From a virus (lineage: Duplodnaviria; Caudoviricetes), in IMG/VR virus record IMGVR_UViG_3300025943_000016, positions 1 through 43,976 of that record: a DNA stretch of 43,976 nt, one strand, 5' to 3'. Under the pieces are notes generated by a model, which saw only the letters and a list, made by a program, of their open reading frames with translations, ran no database searches and had not been told where the DNA came from. The translations under genes were made by a program, and so were the position numbers. Below, piece by piece: positions 9,681-19,976 of the stretch (position 1 is its first letter; each line of letters begins with the position of its first letter).

Positions 9681-10053
9681 CACCCTCTATTTGCATGTAA
9701 TAGCGCCTAATAGCAGTTATCTTATCATCAAGTGTGGGTGTTTTAAACTCTTCACATAAAACGGAGTATGCTTGGACTACATACATTAAATCTCCTGGCT
9801 TAATATCAGCCGGATCATTTTTTATTTTATAGAATTGTTTATCTATATCATTAACTGTTTGAGTACCAATATACTGGCTAATAGGCATAAGCTTTTCATT
9901 CAGCTTTACTTCTATTAAATTATTAAAGGAATAATCTAAATATGTTAACGCTCCTACAATAGCGGGAACTACTACGATTAAACTTTTAACAATTGACACT
10001 AAACTTTCTTTACCAAAAAGCAATTTAAAGAATACTTTAAAAAAATCTTTCAT
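9667..10053 (-). CDS. Single-TM membrane protein, possibly lysis-related
   Basis: One N-terminal TM segment; last gene of the late operon. Confidence 0.5.
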   Translation of the reverse strand: MKDFFKVFFKLLFGKESLVSIVKSLIVVVPAIVGALTYLDYSFNNLIEVKLNEKLMPISQYIGTQTVNDIDKQFYKIKNDPADIKPGDLMYVVQAYSVLCEEFKTPTLDDKITAIRRYYMQIEGANAF

Positions 10054-10054
10054 T

Positions 10055-10342
10055 TCATTTTCTCCTTATCATTTCTTCTACTGTTGACGGGCTTGTTTTG
10101 CTTATCATGGTCTCCCTCGCCGCATAACGCAGATTGACTGTACTAACGATTGAGCCTATTACAGTACAAAGAGCTATAAACAAGGGAGCGAAATTTTTAT
10201 TAAAAGCTCCTGACATAATAACAGTGAATGTATACTCAAAACACATAAAGAAAAACACTGTTAGGTTAAACGCCTGGAGCCGGGATTTATGATTTACCAT
10301 GTTAATATAAGTCTTGATTGTGTGCCGCTTGATGCAATCCAT
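10055..10342 (-). CDS. Putative holin (two TM segments, charged C-terminus)
   Basis: Two hydrophobic segments and a basic tail ('MIRRK'); lies downstream of the tail genes. Confidence 0.45.
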   Translation of the reverse strand: MDCIKRHTIKTYINMVNHKSRLQAFNLTVFFFMCFEYTFTVIMSGAFNKNFAPLFIALCTVIGSIVSTVNLRYAARETMISKTSPSTVEEMIRRK

Positions 10343-11895
10343 GTTTGAGAAGTTATACTTCCAGCCAAGGACACACCATATAACACAATAGCAGTTGTTG
10401 TTGTTCTCTCTATTCTGTGTATATGTATTCCGCCGGAAGCGTCTGCATAACCTATTACATGTGCAGCATCACCTATTTCCGGAACAATATGGGATATTTT
10501 AGGAAATAATTCTGAAATAAATAACAAAGATGTGCTATAAATAAAATGTGCTTTACTTGCGTATTTTGTAGAATCATAAATTCCCCTAACCGCATACAAC
10601 TTATTGACTGATAAATTATTAAACGCACCGTTACAATATTGATCTAATAAAAAATTGTAATTGACCCCACGGATAAAATCTTTTTCATAGTAATACTCAT
10701 CATCCGTATTGTCATAATTGCTATTATATGCCGTGGTGCTGGTGTTTGCAATTAAAAGGGATTGCATATAAAAAACACTTTTGTCAAAGCTTTCAGCCTC
10801 TAAGGTAGATAAATACGTTTGAGCGCCAAGAGCAATAAGCGTTTTAGTTATGTTCATGTTTGATATACCTGTGCCCGTAGTTGTCTTTGTTCCATTAGTT
10901 ACACCATCCATTTCAATTCCATTCACCCACATATTAGCAACATTACCACCCTTACTAAAGTTATATATAATAGAATGTCTAACTTGTAATTGAGGATTAC
11001 TTGTGTAAGCGTTTGACTCCACTTTTAGTCCATTACTATTATCATCATATACAAGTAAAGTAAATTTACCAGCAGCATAATATAATAAATGCATATTGTC
11101 ATTTGAGGCAGCGAATGCTCTTGTATCGATTATGAACACAGTATCAGTGTACACGAATTGAGGATAAATAATAAAGGCCACTGTCATTTCATTACTTGAC
11201 GTAAAATTATAAATTAAATATCCTTTATTAAAAAACAATACCCCTTTATTCGCAAACGCTGCGAAAATGGAAGAGCTATCTTTAAAATCTAATCCTACAG
11301 CCCGTATAGGAAGACTCCTCGCGCTGTTTGCCAGGTTAGGGGAAGAAAAGCCCCAATATGTTACGCCGCTGTCCGGTAAAACAATTCCGTCATAAACATT
11401 CTTATCAATCGTTTCACCGATCTTAAAATCTTTTATCTTTAAGCCTTTTTCTTCGGATGTCTGCAAGCGCCTGTATATATTGGGTTCTGCTCCACCGTAT
11501 TCAATCTCCCAATCAAGTACACGGAAACCGCTGATATTATAATATCCGTTTTTTGTTTCATCCCACGTTCCCGGGTCTAATGTTAATTCAGCGCTTCTAT
11601 GTGTTGTATCACTACCAGCGATTAACGCAATATAATAAACCCCGGGCGCTGGAAATGCCAAGTTTAATTCTGTTGTGCAAACAAAGGGAAGGCCATTTTC
11701 ATCAATCACACCAGATACTTCCAGTATAATTTCTTCCGCCATAGAATCCCATCTAACAGATGATCGATCTTTTCCATTTCTCTGCGCTTCAATATTTGTG
11801 TTTTGCGCCTGGTATCCCGTACTTACCGCTCCGGGTAAAGAATCAACCCAGCTATCTAACGCTGCGTTGACTGTTATCATTGCTAATTCATCCAT
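10294..11895 (-). CDS. Tail fibre / receptor-binding protein with a possible LamG/concanavalin-like domain
   Basis: Last large tail gene; beta-rich, with 'MTVAFIIYP...NMWVNG...IALGA' pattern. Confidence 0.6.
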   Translation of the reverse strand: MDELAMITVNAALDSWVDSLPGAVSTGYQAQNTNIEAQRNGKDRSSVRWDSMAEEIILEVSGVIDENGLPFVCTTELNLAFPAPGVYYIALIAGSDTTHRSAELTLDPGTWDETKNGYYNISGFRVLDWEIEYGGAEPNIYRRLQTSEEKGLKIKDFKIGETIDKNVYDGIVLPDSGVTYWGFSSPNLANSARSLPIRAVGLDFKDSSSIFAAFANKGVLFFNKGYLIYNFTSSNEMTVAFIIYPQFVYTDTVFIIDTRAFAASNDNMHLLYYAAGKFTLLVYDDNSNGLKVESNAYTSNPQLQVRHSIIYNFSKGGNVANMWVNGIEMDGVTNGTKTTTGTGISNMNITKTLIALGAQTYLSTLEAESFDKSVFYMQSLLIANTSTTAYNSNYDNTDDEYYYEKDFIRGVNYNFLLDQYCNGAFNNLSVNKLYAVRGIYDSTKYASKAHFIYSTSLLFISELFPKISHIVPEIGDAAHVIGYADASGGIHIHRIERTTTTAIVLYGVSLAGSITSQTWIASSGTQSRLILTW

Positions 11896-11907
11896 AATTT
11901 TTCCTTT

Positions 11908-13569
11908 TTAAATTGATTCGATAGAAACAGTATCTTGACCGGGATCATTATCTATAACAATCCAATCTGTAAAGGGTGAAAATGTTCTATCATTTATTAC
12001 TATTGGCATTACTATTTTATCCAAAAGATTTATTGCTATTGTATCAATACCTAACGCTGTACTGATTGATTCAGAGATTGTTCCAAAACGTGATAACAGC
12101 CTTGTAGCAAGGTCAGCTGCATCAACAGCGTTTAATAAATCTGTTTTAAATGTAGCTCTGTTTTTTCTTCTATACAATTCATTTAACATGAGCTCTTGCG
12201 TATCGTCTAAATAACTGTTGTTATATTTTTGTGTTGTGTGATTATAATTATATTCTATTAACACGGAGCTAAAATAAAGCTTTACCGCGTTCTCTGTTGT
12301 CTTTGTAGGTACACTCATTAAAGGCCACGATTCAATCGTATGAGTAGTATATGTTTCTCCCCACCTACGCAAAGTTAAGCGTCCATCATTTTTAGTCATT
12401 AAAAAAGCACTATCGTTTTGTAAACACTTAACCACAAGAGAGCGTAAATCTCCATCTTGAAAATATAGTCCAATAGCCGGGGAGATTGATATATAATAAT
12501 CTGTTTCCGTTTTGTCCCAGGGATTCTCTACATAGGGGATAAGTGATTTACTTCCTATTTCGCTTGTTATTATCTCCCCTATAGTGTTATTTGTTAATCC
12601 TGTTACGTCTGCACTTTCCGCATCGATTGCAGTTATTACACCATTTAATAGAGTAAAAGAAATAGAAGCTCCATCTTTATCATATACAGTAGTAACAGCT
12701 GTTAAATAATTAGGATCAAGTGCAATATACTGATTAGTACCAACGGGAATTAAAGGTATTCCATATAACACTCCATAGCCTATTGGTATGCTTTTATCAA
12801 TACTCGCAGCAGGAGCAGATGGAAAAATAGCAGTTGTTATACGCCGTGTAACCGGATAAGTTAAACTTCTTAAAACTTCTGCACAATTAACGATCAAGCT
12901 TTCTTGCGTTACTGCGACATTATCAACAAAGCCATATCTAATAACATTAAAATCACTTAATTTAGGGTTGAGTACACTTGTACGCTTTAACCTAACAGGT
13001 GTGTTATATGCATTAAGGGCTTGAACATTATCAAAATAACCGTCTTCATTATTTAATGATACTGAAAAGGTACTATATAAAGCTGTACCATTTATCGCAT
13101 CGGATAAAGAAGATTTTACAGAGGGTATATCAAGCTTTACTGGAGCATTTATAAAATTACCTAATGCATCTTCAAAGGTTGTATCCGAGGGAAGTGCTCT
13201 ATTACGTGGAGCAGAGCTATAAAGCTCTATTGAGCTTGTTTCCGTTACTTTATCATTAAACTGCCAGGGTTTTTTATATAGATTGAGATAAACAAAATTT
13301 TGAGTAACTAAAAAACTACCAACAACAGCTAACAAAGCAGCAACACTATAAACCTCTGTTAAATAGCTTTCAAATAACAGCTGTACACCGGGATATATAG
13401 GATTATCATAGTACCCTCCCCAATCCGTCCAATAATTATCGCCCTCCGGTCTACCCGTAGCAAATACACTAATGTTATATTTCTTTTCAGCTAAACAAGA
13501 GGCTAATGCTAATTCAGGCGGATACTCTGTCCTTTGTGCTAATTCCAATAAATATATAATTTCTGACAT
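11908..13569 (-). CDS. Tail tip / baseplate hub protein
   Basis: Position after the tape measure and distal tail genes; 'KSIPIGYG' hub-like motif. Confidence 0.6.
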   Translation of the reverse strand: MSEIIYLLELAQRTEYPPELALASCLAEKKYNISVFATGRPEGDNYWTDWGGYYDNPIYPGVQLLFESYLTEVYSVAALLAVVGSFLVTQNFVYLNLYKKPWQFNDKVTETSSIELYSSAPRNRALPSDTTFEDALGNFINAPVKLDIPSVKSSLSDAINGTALYSTFSVSLNNEDGYFDNVQALNAYNTPVRLKRTSVLNPKLSDFNVIRYGFVDNVAVTQESLIVNCAEVLRSLTYPVTRRITTAIFPSAPAASIDKSIPIGYGVLYGIPLIPVGTNQYIALDPNYLTAVTTVYDKDGASISFTLLNGVITAIDAESADVTGLTNNTIGEIITSEIGSKSLIPYVENPWDKTETDYYISISPAIGLYFQDGDLRSLVVKCLQNDSAFLMTKNDGRLTLRRWGETYTTHTIESWPLMSVPTKTTENAVKLYFSSVLIEYNYNHTTQKYNNSYLDDTQELMLNELYRRKNRATFKTDLLNAVDAADLATRLLSRFGTISESISTALGIDTIAINLLDKIVMPIVINDRTFSPFTDWIVIDNDPGQDTVSIESI

Positions 13570-13571
13570 CC

Positions 13572-14234
13572 TTAAAACCTTTCAACAAAATCGAATCTTT
13601 TTGAGTACAAATAGTATGCAACACTTGATTGAAATACAATCTCATTCCCGCATGATGCATACAGCCTTAACCAGTGAATTTTTTTATCTTCATTATCAAA
13701 CAGTATAAATAAAGGAAAGCCCTTACTTATTTGATTAAAATAAGCCTGCTCTATTTCCTTTATTATAGTCTCATTAAACTTATATCTAAAATCTAATGAT
13801 ATTTTTCTTCCAGCTACACCTCCAGCTCCAATAACAACTTGACCGGCGGCGGTTACACGCGGGGCGCTTGTAGTATAGTAACCGGGTTCCCGCGTAGGTG
13901 AAGCGGATAACGATACATATTTACCAGCTGCGAATCTTCCAATATACGTGCCGTTATGCGATATTGTAAGGGTATCCGTTAATAAGGGTGTTACTAATGC
14001 ATAAAGGCCATTTTTAAAAGAATCGGGTGTCGTAGCTGTTATTGTTATGCTCTCACCATTAACTATTAGAGTTGTAGCATCGGTGTAACCTATACCAACA
14101 CAATCAATATCATATGTATCGTCAAGCGTTATAACAAACGCGGTTAACGCGATATATTTATCAGACAAGGCGGCGCTTTTTAATTTTTCATCCGCATCGG
14201 AATCTTGAACACGGTCATAAAAAAGTATTTTCAT
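13572..14234 (-). CDS. Distal tail protein (putative)
   Basis: Immediately follows the tape measure gene. Confidence 0.5.
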   Translation of the reverse strand: MKILFYDRVQDSDADEKLKSAALSDKYIALTAFVITLDDTYDIDCVGIGYTDATTLIVNGESITITATTPDSFKNGLYALVTPLLTDTLTISHNGTYIGRFAAGKYVSLSASPTREPGYYTTSAPRVTAAGQVVIGAGGVAGRKISLDFRYKFNETIIKEIEQAYFNQISKGFPLFILFDNEDKKIHWLRLYASCGNEIVFQSSVAYYLYSKRFDFVERF

Positions 14235-17200
14235 TAACCAGCCCTTCTTGACGTTATATTATAGTCATTAAGTTTAATTTTTCCTGCAAGCACACCCTTA
14301 TTTATAATTTTAAATATATTATCCTCGTTAATGTTTATGCTTATTTCAGTTAGTCCACCGTTAGACTCTCCCCTGGGAGTTACTTTTATATTTTCTCCCG
14401 CCGATGCCATTATAGCCACATTATCCGCTTTAGATGATGACCTAACAGAGGGAATATCAAAACCCTCAAGAGGCGTTCCAGTTTGTAAAGGTGGCAGAGG
14501 TGCACTGTTAAGCGCAATCGCTCGGGCTATTCCTTCACCTAAATAAAACGCTGACCAGGGCAGACCAAAACCTAAAGGATTGGCAACATATGATTTAGTG
14601 ATAGCAGATGAGGTATTCGCTATGATCTCAAGATTACCCGCGATACGTGTAGCTATTGCATTTTCACGCTTAATCTTTCTTTCCTCTTTTGCCATAGCTT
14701 CATTTTGAATAGCCCTATCTTGTTCTGCTTTCATCTGTAAATCATTAGCAGTTATAGTGTTTTGTAAATCAGTTATTTGCTGTTGTAGCTTTATTTTTGT
14801 TTCTTCATCGGTTGCTGAGCTTAAATCACTTTTCAATTGCTCTAATGTTGAAAGATTATTTTTTACTTCATCTTGCTTTTGCTTCTTTAAAAAATTTTGA
14901 TAGTCAATTTCACTTTGTGTCTGTGCTCCGTACTTCTCTCTTAATGCTTCTAACTCTGCATCATTACCCGCAATAAAAGCGCTTGCAATAGAGTTTGTTA
15001 GGCTACTGATAGCACTTGCATATTGCGCATACAGCTCACCCTTTGCCTTTAAGGAATCCTCTAATGCTTTTTCTTCTTCCTTTAAATGTTCTTCGTATTC
15101 CTTTTTAGCTTTATCATGCTCTTCTTTTCTTGTTGAAGTATCTTTTTTATAAATTTCTTTTGCCGCATCCGTTGCTGCTTTTAATGCTGTTGCTTTTTCA
15201 TCATTAGATAATGAATCTAACTTTGATATTCTATCGTATTCACTTTTTAAAAAAGCATAACGCGCGTTGCCTGTTATTTTTTCCTGTTCAATTCTTTTTT
15301 GTAAAAAATCTTTAAACGTTTTTAAATTTTCTTGCTGTAATACAGCTTCTTTATTATTAAGTATTGACAATCTTTCTGAAAGTGTTATTTGCTTTTCCCT
15401 TGCAGCATTATCTTTATCTATTTGTGCAAGCAGTTCTTTTTCTGCATCGGTTAATTCATCAAGAGCTCCTGCCTCATCTTCTAAAGACTTGTTATTTTTT
15501 TCAGCAATGCGTAGCTGCTGCGCCCGTAGCTCTACTTGTTTAGCGATTGATTCATTATAGAGCTTTATCTTTTCAATTGATATAAGATTGAGATTAACAG
15601 AATTAGCCAAAAAATCAATTGTTTCTTTTCTTCCCTGCCTTGATTTTTCCACCTCTAAATTAGCATTCGCCAATTCACTGTTAGCTTTTTGCTGCGCTTT
15701 TGCGTTACTTTCAAGCGCCATACTAACACGAGATATAGCTCCTGGGTCTACTACATTAAACCCTATTGCATTTAATTCTTTTTGCTGTTGTGTTAAATCC
15801 TTTTCTTCATTTGTTAGTTGTTTTAATCTACTGTTTAACTTTGTTATAGTATCAATTCTTTGATTTTCTGCATCCCTTGTCTGTTGTAATGACTTTACTG
15901 TCTTTGCTAAATCAGCTTCTATTTGCAACCCAGCAAGTTTAATTCGTGTATTTAATGTGTTTGTTTCCTCAGCATTAAGGTTTTTAGTAGCTGTTTTTAG
16001 TTCTTCATTAGCCTTTTTATATTCTTGTACTGATAGCTTTAAATTATCCGTATTTGTTAAAAGTTCTTTATGTTTATTAGACAGGTTTTCTGATTCATTA
16101 ACAAATATAGGGAACGCATCATTAAGCGCCATTATAGCGGGAACTAAAATTGTAGACAATACAACAGCTAACGCGCCTATAGGATTAGTTGCAACAGCAA
16201 CAGTCAAAGCTTTAAAAGACTTTGTTAAAAAATCAACGATAGCAGCGCCTTTAGCTACTACTAAAAAAGTAACAAGCCCAGCTGTCACACCAGCTAACAC
16301 GTATGTTCCTATTTTAATAGCACTATTTACGGCCTCTTCATCCTGCAAGAAATTTGTTAATTGATTACTGGCCTCGGTTAAACCTGGAATAAGCCCGGAA
16401 AAAAGCCGTATTTTAGTTCCTTCTATTGCTGCGTTTAAACGCTTTTGTGAATCATCCCATAAACCAGCATTCTTTGCGGTCTCACCTGTAATAACGCCAA
16501 ACGCAAGAGCTTCTTTTCTTAATCTCTGTATACCCTCTGCGCCTTGTGAGTTTATCGTAAGCATATCTTTTCCAGCACCGGCAAACAAGGCGCTTGCTAA
16601 TGATGCTTTTTCAAAAGAATCCGCTGCGTTATCAAGAGCTTTAACCGATATATTAAAAGCATCTTCCGTATCTTTTGCAAGTACAAGCTGCTTTAATAAC
16701 TCAGGATTAGATTTAACTAAATTAGTATATAGTTTTCCTGTACCTTCTCTCGCATCACCTAACGACCTGTTTAAATTCTTTAAGCCACTTGTCAACTTTT
16801 CTTGTGACACGTCATTAAGTTTAGCAGCGTAAGACAATTCTTGATAAGCTTCAATCGTTATCCCGATCTGGTCAGCATACGTTTGATAATCGTCTCCGGC
16901 TTTAGCTATATCGATAGCACTTTTTATTGATATACCGGCTACAGCAACAACAGCAGCACCTAATGCTAATAAAGAGTTTTTAGCGACATCAACAGATTTT
17001 TTACCTAACTCTTCTAATGCTTTTGTTTCCTGTTCGGTTTTAATGCGTAGAGCCTCTGTTTTATCTTTTGTCTGAGTTATTCTATCACCTAACTCAGAAT
17101 ATCTACTTATTAAAGGTTTTAACACGGCATCTGTTGGAGATAAACCCTTATTTATAAGCCTTTCAATCTCCCTCTGCATGTTGTTATATTCTATTTGATT

Positions 17201-17401
17201 GGCGGCCAATTCCCCTCTTGTAGCCATTAAAGCTATTTTGTTTCTCTCTTGCTTTGATATAAACTTGTCAATCTGTTCTGTTTTGAATGATTCAGCATAT
17301 TTCTGTATTCTTTTGACCTCTGACTCTGTAAATCCTGAAAAGTTTTTTAAATCTCTTTCCGCTTGTTCAAAGTCTGTTGATATTTTTAAAGAAATCGCCA
17401 T
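14234..17401 (-). CDS. Tail tape measure protein
   Basis: 1055 aa, helical and Ala/Lys/Glu-rich, with a hydrophobic 'NPIG' segment; follows the chaperone genes. Confidence 0.88.
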   Translation of the reverse strand: MAISLKISTDFEQAERDLKNFSGFTESEVKRIQKYAESFKTEQIDKFISKQERNKIALMATRGELAANQIEYNNMQREIERLINKGLSPTDAVLKPLISRYSELGDRITQTKDKTEALRIKTEQETKALEELGKKSVDVAKNSLLALGAAVVAVAGISIKSAIDIAKAGDDYQTYADQIGITIEAYQELSYAAKLNDVSQEKLTSGLKNLNRSLGDAREGTGKLYTNLVKSNPELLKQLVLAKDTEDAFNISVKALDNAADSFEKASLASALFAGAGKDMLTINSQGAEGIQRLRKEALAFGVITGETAKNAGLWDDSQKRLNAAIEGTKIRLFSGLIPGLTEASNQLTNFLQDEEAVNSAIKIGTYVLAGVTAGLVTFLVVAKGAAIVDFLTKSFKALTVAVATNPIGALAVVLSTILVPAIMALNDAFPIFVNESENLSNKHKELLTNTDNLKLSVQEYKKANEELKTATKNLNAEETNTLNTRIKLAGLQIEADLAKTVKSLQQTRDAENQRIDTITKLNSRLKQLTNEEKDLTQQQKELNAIGFNVVDPGAISRVSMALESNAKAQQKANSELANANLEVEKSRQGRKETIDFLANSVNLNLISIEKIKLYNESIAKQVELRAQQLRIAEKNNKSLEDEAGALDELTDAEKELLAQIDKDNAAREKQITLSERLSILNNKEAVLQQENLKTFKDFLQKRIEQEKITGNARYAFLKSEYDRISKLDSLSNDEKATALKAATDAAKEIYKKDTSTRKEEHDKAKKEYEEHLKEEEKALEDSLKAKGELYAQYASAISSLTNSIASAFIAGNDAELEALREKYGAQTQSEIDYQNFLKKQKQDEVKNNLSTLEQLKSDLSSATDEETKIKLQQQITDLQNTITANDLQMKAEQDRAIQNEAMAKEERKIKRENAIATRIAGNLEIIANTSSAITKSYVANPLGFGLPWSAFYLGEGIARAIALNSAPLPPLQTGTPLEGFDIPSVRSSSKADNVAIMASAGENIKVTPRGESNGGLTEISININEDNIFKIINKGVLAGKIKLNDYNITSRRAG

Positions 17402-17753
17402 TCTTCATTTTCCTTTTATCATATAAAAAATCTTCTATACGACTAAACCACTTATTAAAGCACTTAACAATATCAAGCACTACTGGTTTTTCATTCATCC
17501 AGCCACTACCGGAGGGAAGTCCAAACGCCCTAAAGTTTTCCCACAAATAATAAAGTTCTTTAAACTCTTTAACACATGCGACCAGGTCACTTATAAATAT
17601 AACTTTATCCCCTTCGTTATACTCAAAGTCTTTGTACTGTAAAAACTTTGATATATTATAATAGGATATAGAGCAGTTATCCGGTAACTGCTCTATATCA
17701 TCATTAAAAAATCCATCGTCTAACAAGGACTCCGCATAATCGCAAACTGTCAT
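17367..17753 (-). CDS. Tail assembly chaperone, gpT-like part (probably reached by -1 frameshift)
   Basis: 'FGLPSGSGW' motif; lies between the gpG-like gene and the tape measure; no SD. Confidence 0.55.
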   Translation of the reverse strand: MTVCDYAESLLDDGFFNDDIEQLPDNCSISYYNISKFLQYKDFEYNEGDKVIFISDLVACVKEFKELYYLWENFRAFGLPSGSGWMNEKPVVLDIVKCFNKWFSRIEDFLYDKRKMKNGDFFKNINRL

Positions 17754-17761
17754 ATAAAAGA

Positions 17762-18133
17762 TTATACGGAGTCTTTCTCTTCCTTTTGTGTTAATTCCTG
17801 CTCTTCATTAAGCAAGTGATCCCTTATCTCTATAATAAGAGGTCTTAAATTAAGGTTGTTTGACGTTGCAAGAGCTATGCCGTCGGTTATGCGGCCTTTA
17901 TCGTCTTCCAGGTTGCGTATTTTACCAACGCAGCTTACAATAAGATCATAATCTGAGTATACAAGCTCTGTCGCACCACCTTTAAACCTATAAGACTTAA
18001 AGGAGCTTATTGTTGTAGCTGTAGGGAACTCTTTGAACTCTATTGTTAGGCGTTTGTCCGCATCTTTCTCCTGCATATTGTTATTGAATACAGGGGTAAA
18101 AATCTTTTCTCTTAAGATTGTCTTTATTTTCAT
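17762..18133 (-). CDS. Tail assembly chaperone, gpG-like
   Basis: Position after the tail tube gene. Confidence 0.6.
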   Translation of the reverse strand: MKIKTILREKIFTPVFNNNMQEKDADKRLTIEFKEFPTATTISSFKSYRFKGGATELVYSDYDLIVSCVGKIRNLEDDKGRITDGIALATSNNLNLRPLIIEIRDHLLNEEQELTQKEEKDSV

Positions 18134-18143
18134 TTCTTATCCT

Positions 18144-18842
18144 TTAAAATACTGTTTCCGTAGCGTTTGTAACACGCTGATAAATAGAGGCAGCGCCTTG
18201 TCCTTTCTGGAAGTTAAAGTTAAATGTCTGCGCTCCCTTTAATGGTGCATCAAGCGTAATACCTGATAATATAACAGGAACAAGAATCCATATTTGCACA
18301 TCATCCTCAGCAACACGATGCGAATTTTTTAGTATAGCAAGGATCATATCATCATCATTTTTAGCCGTAAATGTGTACACACCCGCCCCATCATCCGTAA
18401 CAAGGTCAAAGAATCTTTGCATAAATGCTAACTGCCCTGCTGCCATACCGCCTAACGGGTCATTTTCTTTAAAGAAAGCATTCGCGCTGCCGGATATTTC
18501 CGTGAATCCATCTGATATATAGGCGTTATACCCCGCTTCGCAGTCGTCCGTAACGTCAACAGTGCCCTTTGACGGTGATAAGGATAAATCCGCTTTGCAT
18601 ATTTTTGTAAATGTTAGAGGGTAAACATTTTCTCCAACTTTAGGGGTAAGAACACCCGCTGCAATCGCTTCTTTAAATATATATCCTACACCTAACGGCA
18701 GCTCCGGTGCAACAGCAATTGCTGAGCTTATCAAATACCATGTATTAGCCGTTAAAGGCAGTGCTCCTGTTCCTTCAAACAAAGTTCCTTTTGTTACATT
18801 AAATAAAATGGCTTTGTTGCCTTGTATTGCTTTTAAACTCAT
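18144..18842 (-). CDS. Major tail tube protein
   Basis: 'VDVTD...GF.EISGS' tube-like pattern and canonical position. Confidence 0.7.
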   Translation of the reverse strand: MSLKAIQGNKAILFNVTKGTLFEGTGALPLTANTWYLISSAIAVAPELPLGVGYIFKEAIAAGVLTPKVGENVYPLTFTKICKADLSLSPSKGTVDVTDDCEAGYNAYISDGFTEISGSANAFFKENDPLGGMAAGQLAFMQRFFDLVTDDGAGVYTFTAKNDDDMILAILKNSHRVAEDDVQIWILVPVILSGITLDAPLKGAQTFNFNFQKGQGAASIYQRVTNATETVF

Positions 18843-18854
18843 AACTTAACTCCT

Positions 18855-19250
18855 TTAATTACAATCATCTAACTGATTGTAAAATGATAATTCATAATAT
18901 ATAAAGCCGGTGCTCTCCATCGGCCAGATATCATAACCTATATAATCTCTTTCCGTAAAACCTAACAGCTGCACAGTAATGTTGTCAAACAGATACTCAT
19001 ATAAAATATCATTATACGGGGTAAAATGACTAATAGAGTTTAACTGTAATTGTATGATAAATAAACAACTATCTCGCTCACCATTATTATTACCATCCGC
19101 TAAATAAACACATAGTTCATTATCATCGATCTGTAATGGTCTTCCCTGCACAAATTGATCAATAGCGGGTAATCCTGCTGTTAAAAGTAAAGATGGTATA
19201 TCCACGCTTAATTTATTCTTTATAAGTAATTCAATATTACTGTAATTCAT
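18855..19250 (-). CDS. Tail terminator / completion protein (putative)
   Basis: Acidic 131-aa protein just before the tail tube gene. Confidence 0.5.
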   Translation of the reverse strand: MNYSNIELLIKNKLSVDIPSLLLTAGLPAIDQFVQGRPLQIDDNELCVYLADGNNNGERDSCLFIIQLQLNSISHFTPYNDILYEYLFDNITVQLLGFTERDYIGYDIWPMESTGFIYYELSFYNQLDDCN

Positions 19251-19653
19251 TTTTGAGCACCTCTTCTAAGGGTTCTTTTTCAAAATCATTCGCGTATTGT
19301 GGCAAATTAGACATAACCGCTTCTTTAAGTTTAACTTGTAACACAAACTTTCCAGGTTCTCTTTCACCATTACGCAAATACCTCCCCTCTTCAAATAAAT
19401 TAAGTGGGTAAGATTTTATAGTCGTAGATTTTCTATCTTTACTTACATTAGAAGTTATTGTATATCTTCCTTTTTTATCTTTTGGATAAGCTCTTAAATC
19501 AATCTCTTGACCAGATAAAAAAAGCTTTTTCAAAAGATGTCTTGCTTTGCCTCCGACATAAGCAAGGAACTTACCGGATACAGACGGCAATACTCCGGCT
19601 ATTTGAGATAATCGTTTATTATCTGTAGTAAATGTATACTTTATATAAGCCAT
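19237..19653 (-). CDS. Neck / tail completion protein (putative)
   Basis: Basic protein in the neck cluster, 'LFEEG' motif. Confidence 0.5.
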   Translation of the reverse strand: MAYIKYTFTTDNKRLSQIAGVLPSVSGKFLAYVGGKARHLLKKLFLSGQEIDLRAYPKDKKGRYTITSNVSKDRKSTTIKSYPLNLFEEGRYLRNGEREPGKFVLQVKLKEAVMSNLPQYANDFEKEPLEEVLKNELQ

Positions 19654-19949
19654 AAGTGCTGTATTCCTTCATCGTCTATTCCTGCATAACCGAATAAATA
19701 CTCCGTACCGTCTTCACGCGTTATCTTTGATACACGCGGTATAAGCCCTGTAGGTACTGTTGCAACTAAAATCCGCGCAAGCAGCTTACGATTCGTAACG
19801 TTACCTTTATCTTGTGAACCTTCTATGAAAGCGCGGTCAAAAATACCTTTAAATGTGTTAGTTGTACCTATTATACCAAACATTTCCGAAAAGGGACTAT
19901 TCTCTAACAGGTAAACTTTGTTATCATTATAGGTACTTCGACCGCTCAT
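19641..19949 (-). CDS. Head-tail joining protein (FII-like, putative)
   Basis: Small beta-rich protein after the capsid gene, 'GIFD...DDEG...L'. Confidence 0.55.
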   Translation of the reverse strand: MSGRSTYNDNKVYLLENSPFSEMFGIIGTTNTFKGIFDRAFIEGSQDKGNVTNRKLLARILVATVPTGLIPRVSKITREDGTEYLFGYAGIDDEGIQHLWLI

Positions 19950-19976
19950 TAAAAATCCTTAAAGGTGTGTTATGTG

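Noticed and set aside
10294-11895. Diversity-generating retroelement or invertible tail-fibre cassette
   Set aside because: No reverse transcriptase, template repeat or invertase was seen.
14331-17426. Several + strand ORFs antisense to the tape measure gene (and similar antisense ORFs elsewhere)
   Set aside because: These are shadow frames of codon-biased genes, with no SD or recognisable motifs.
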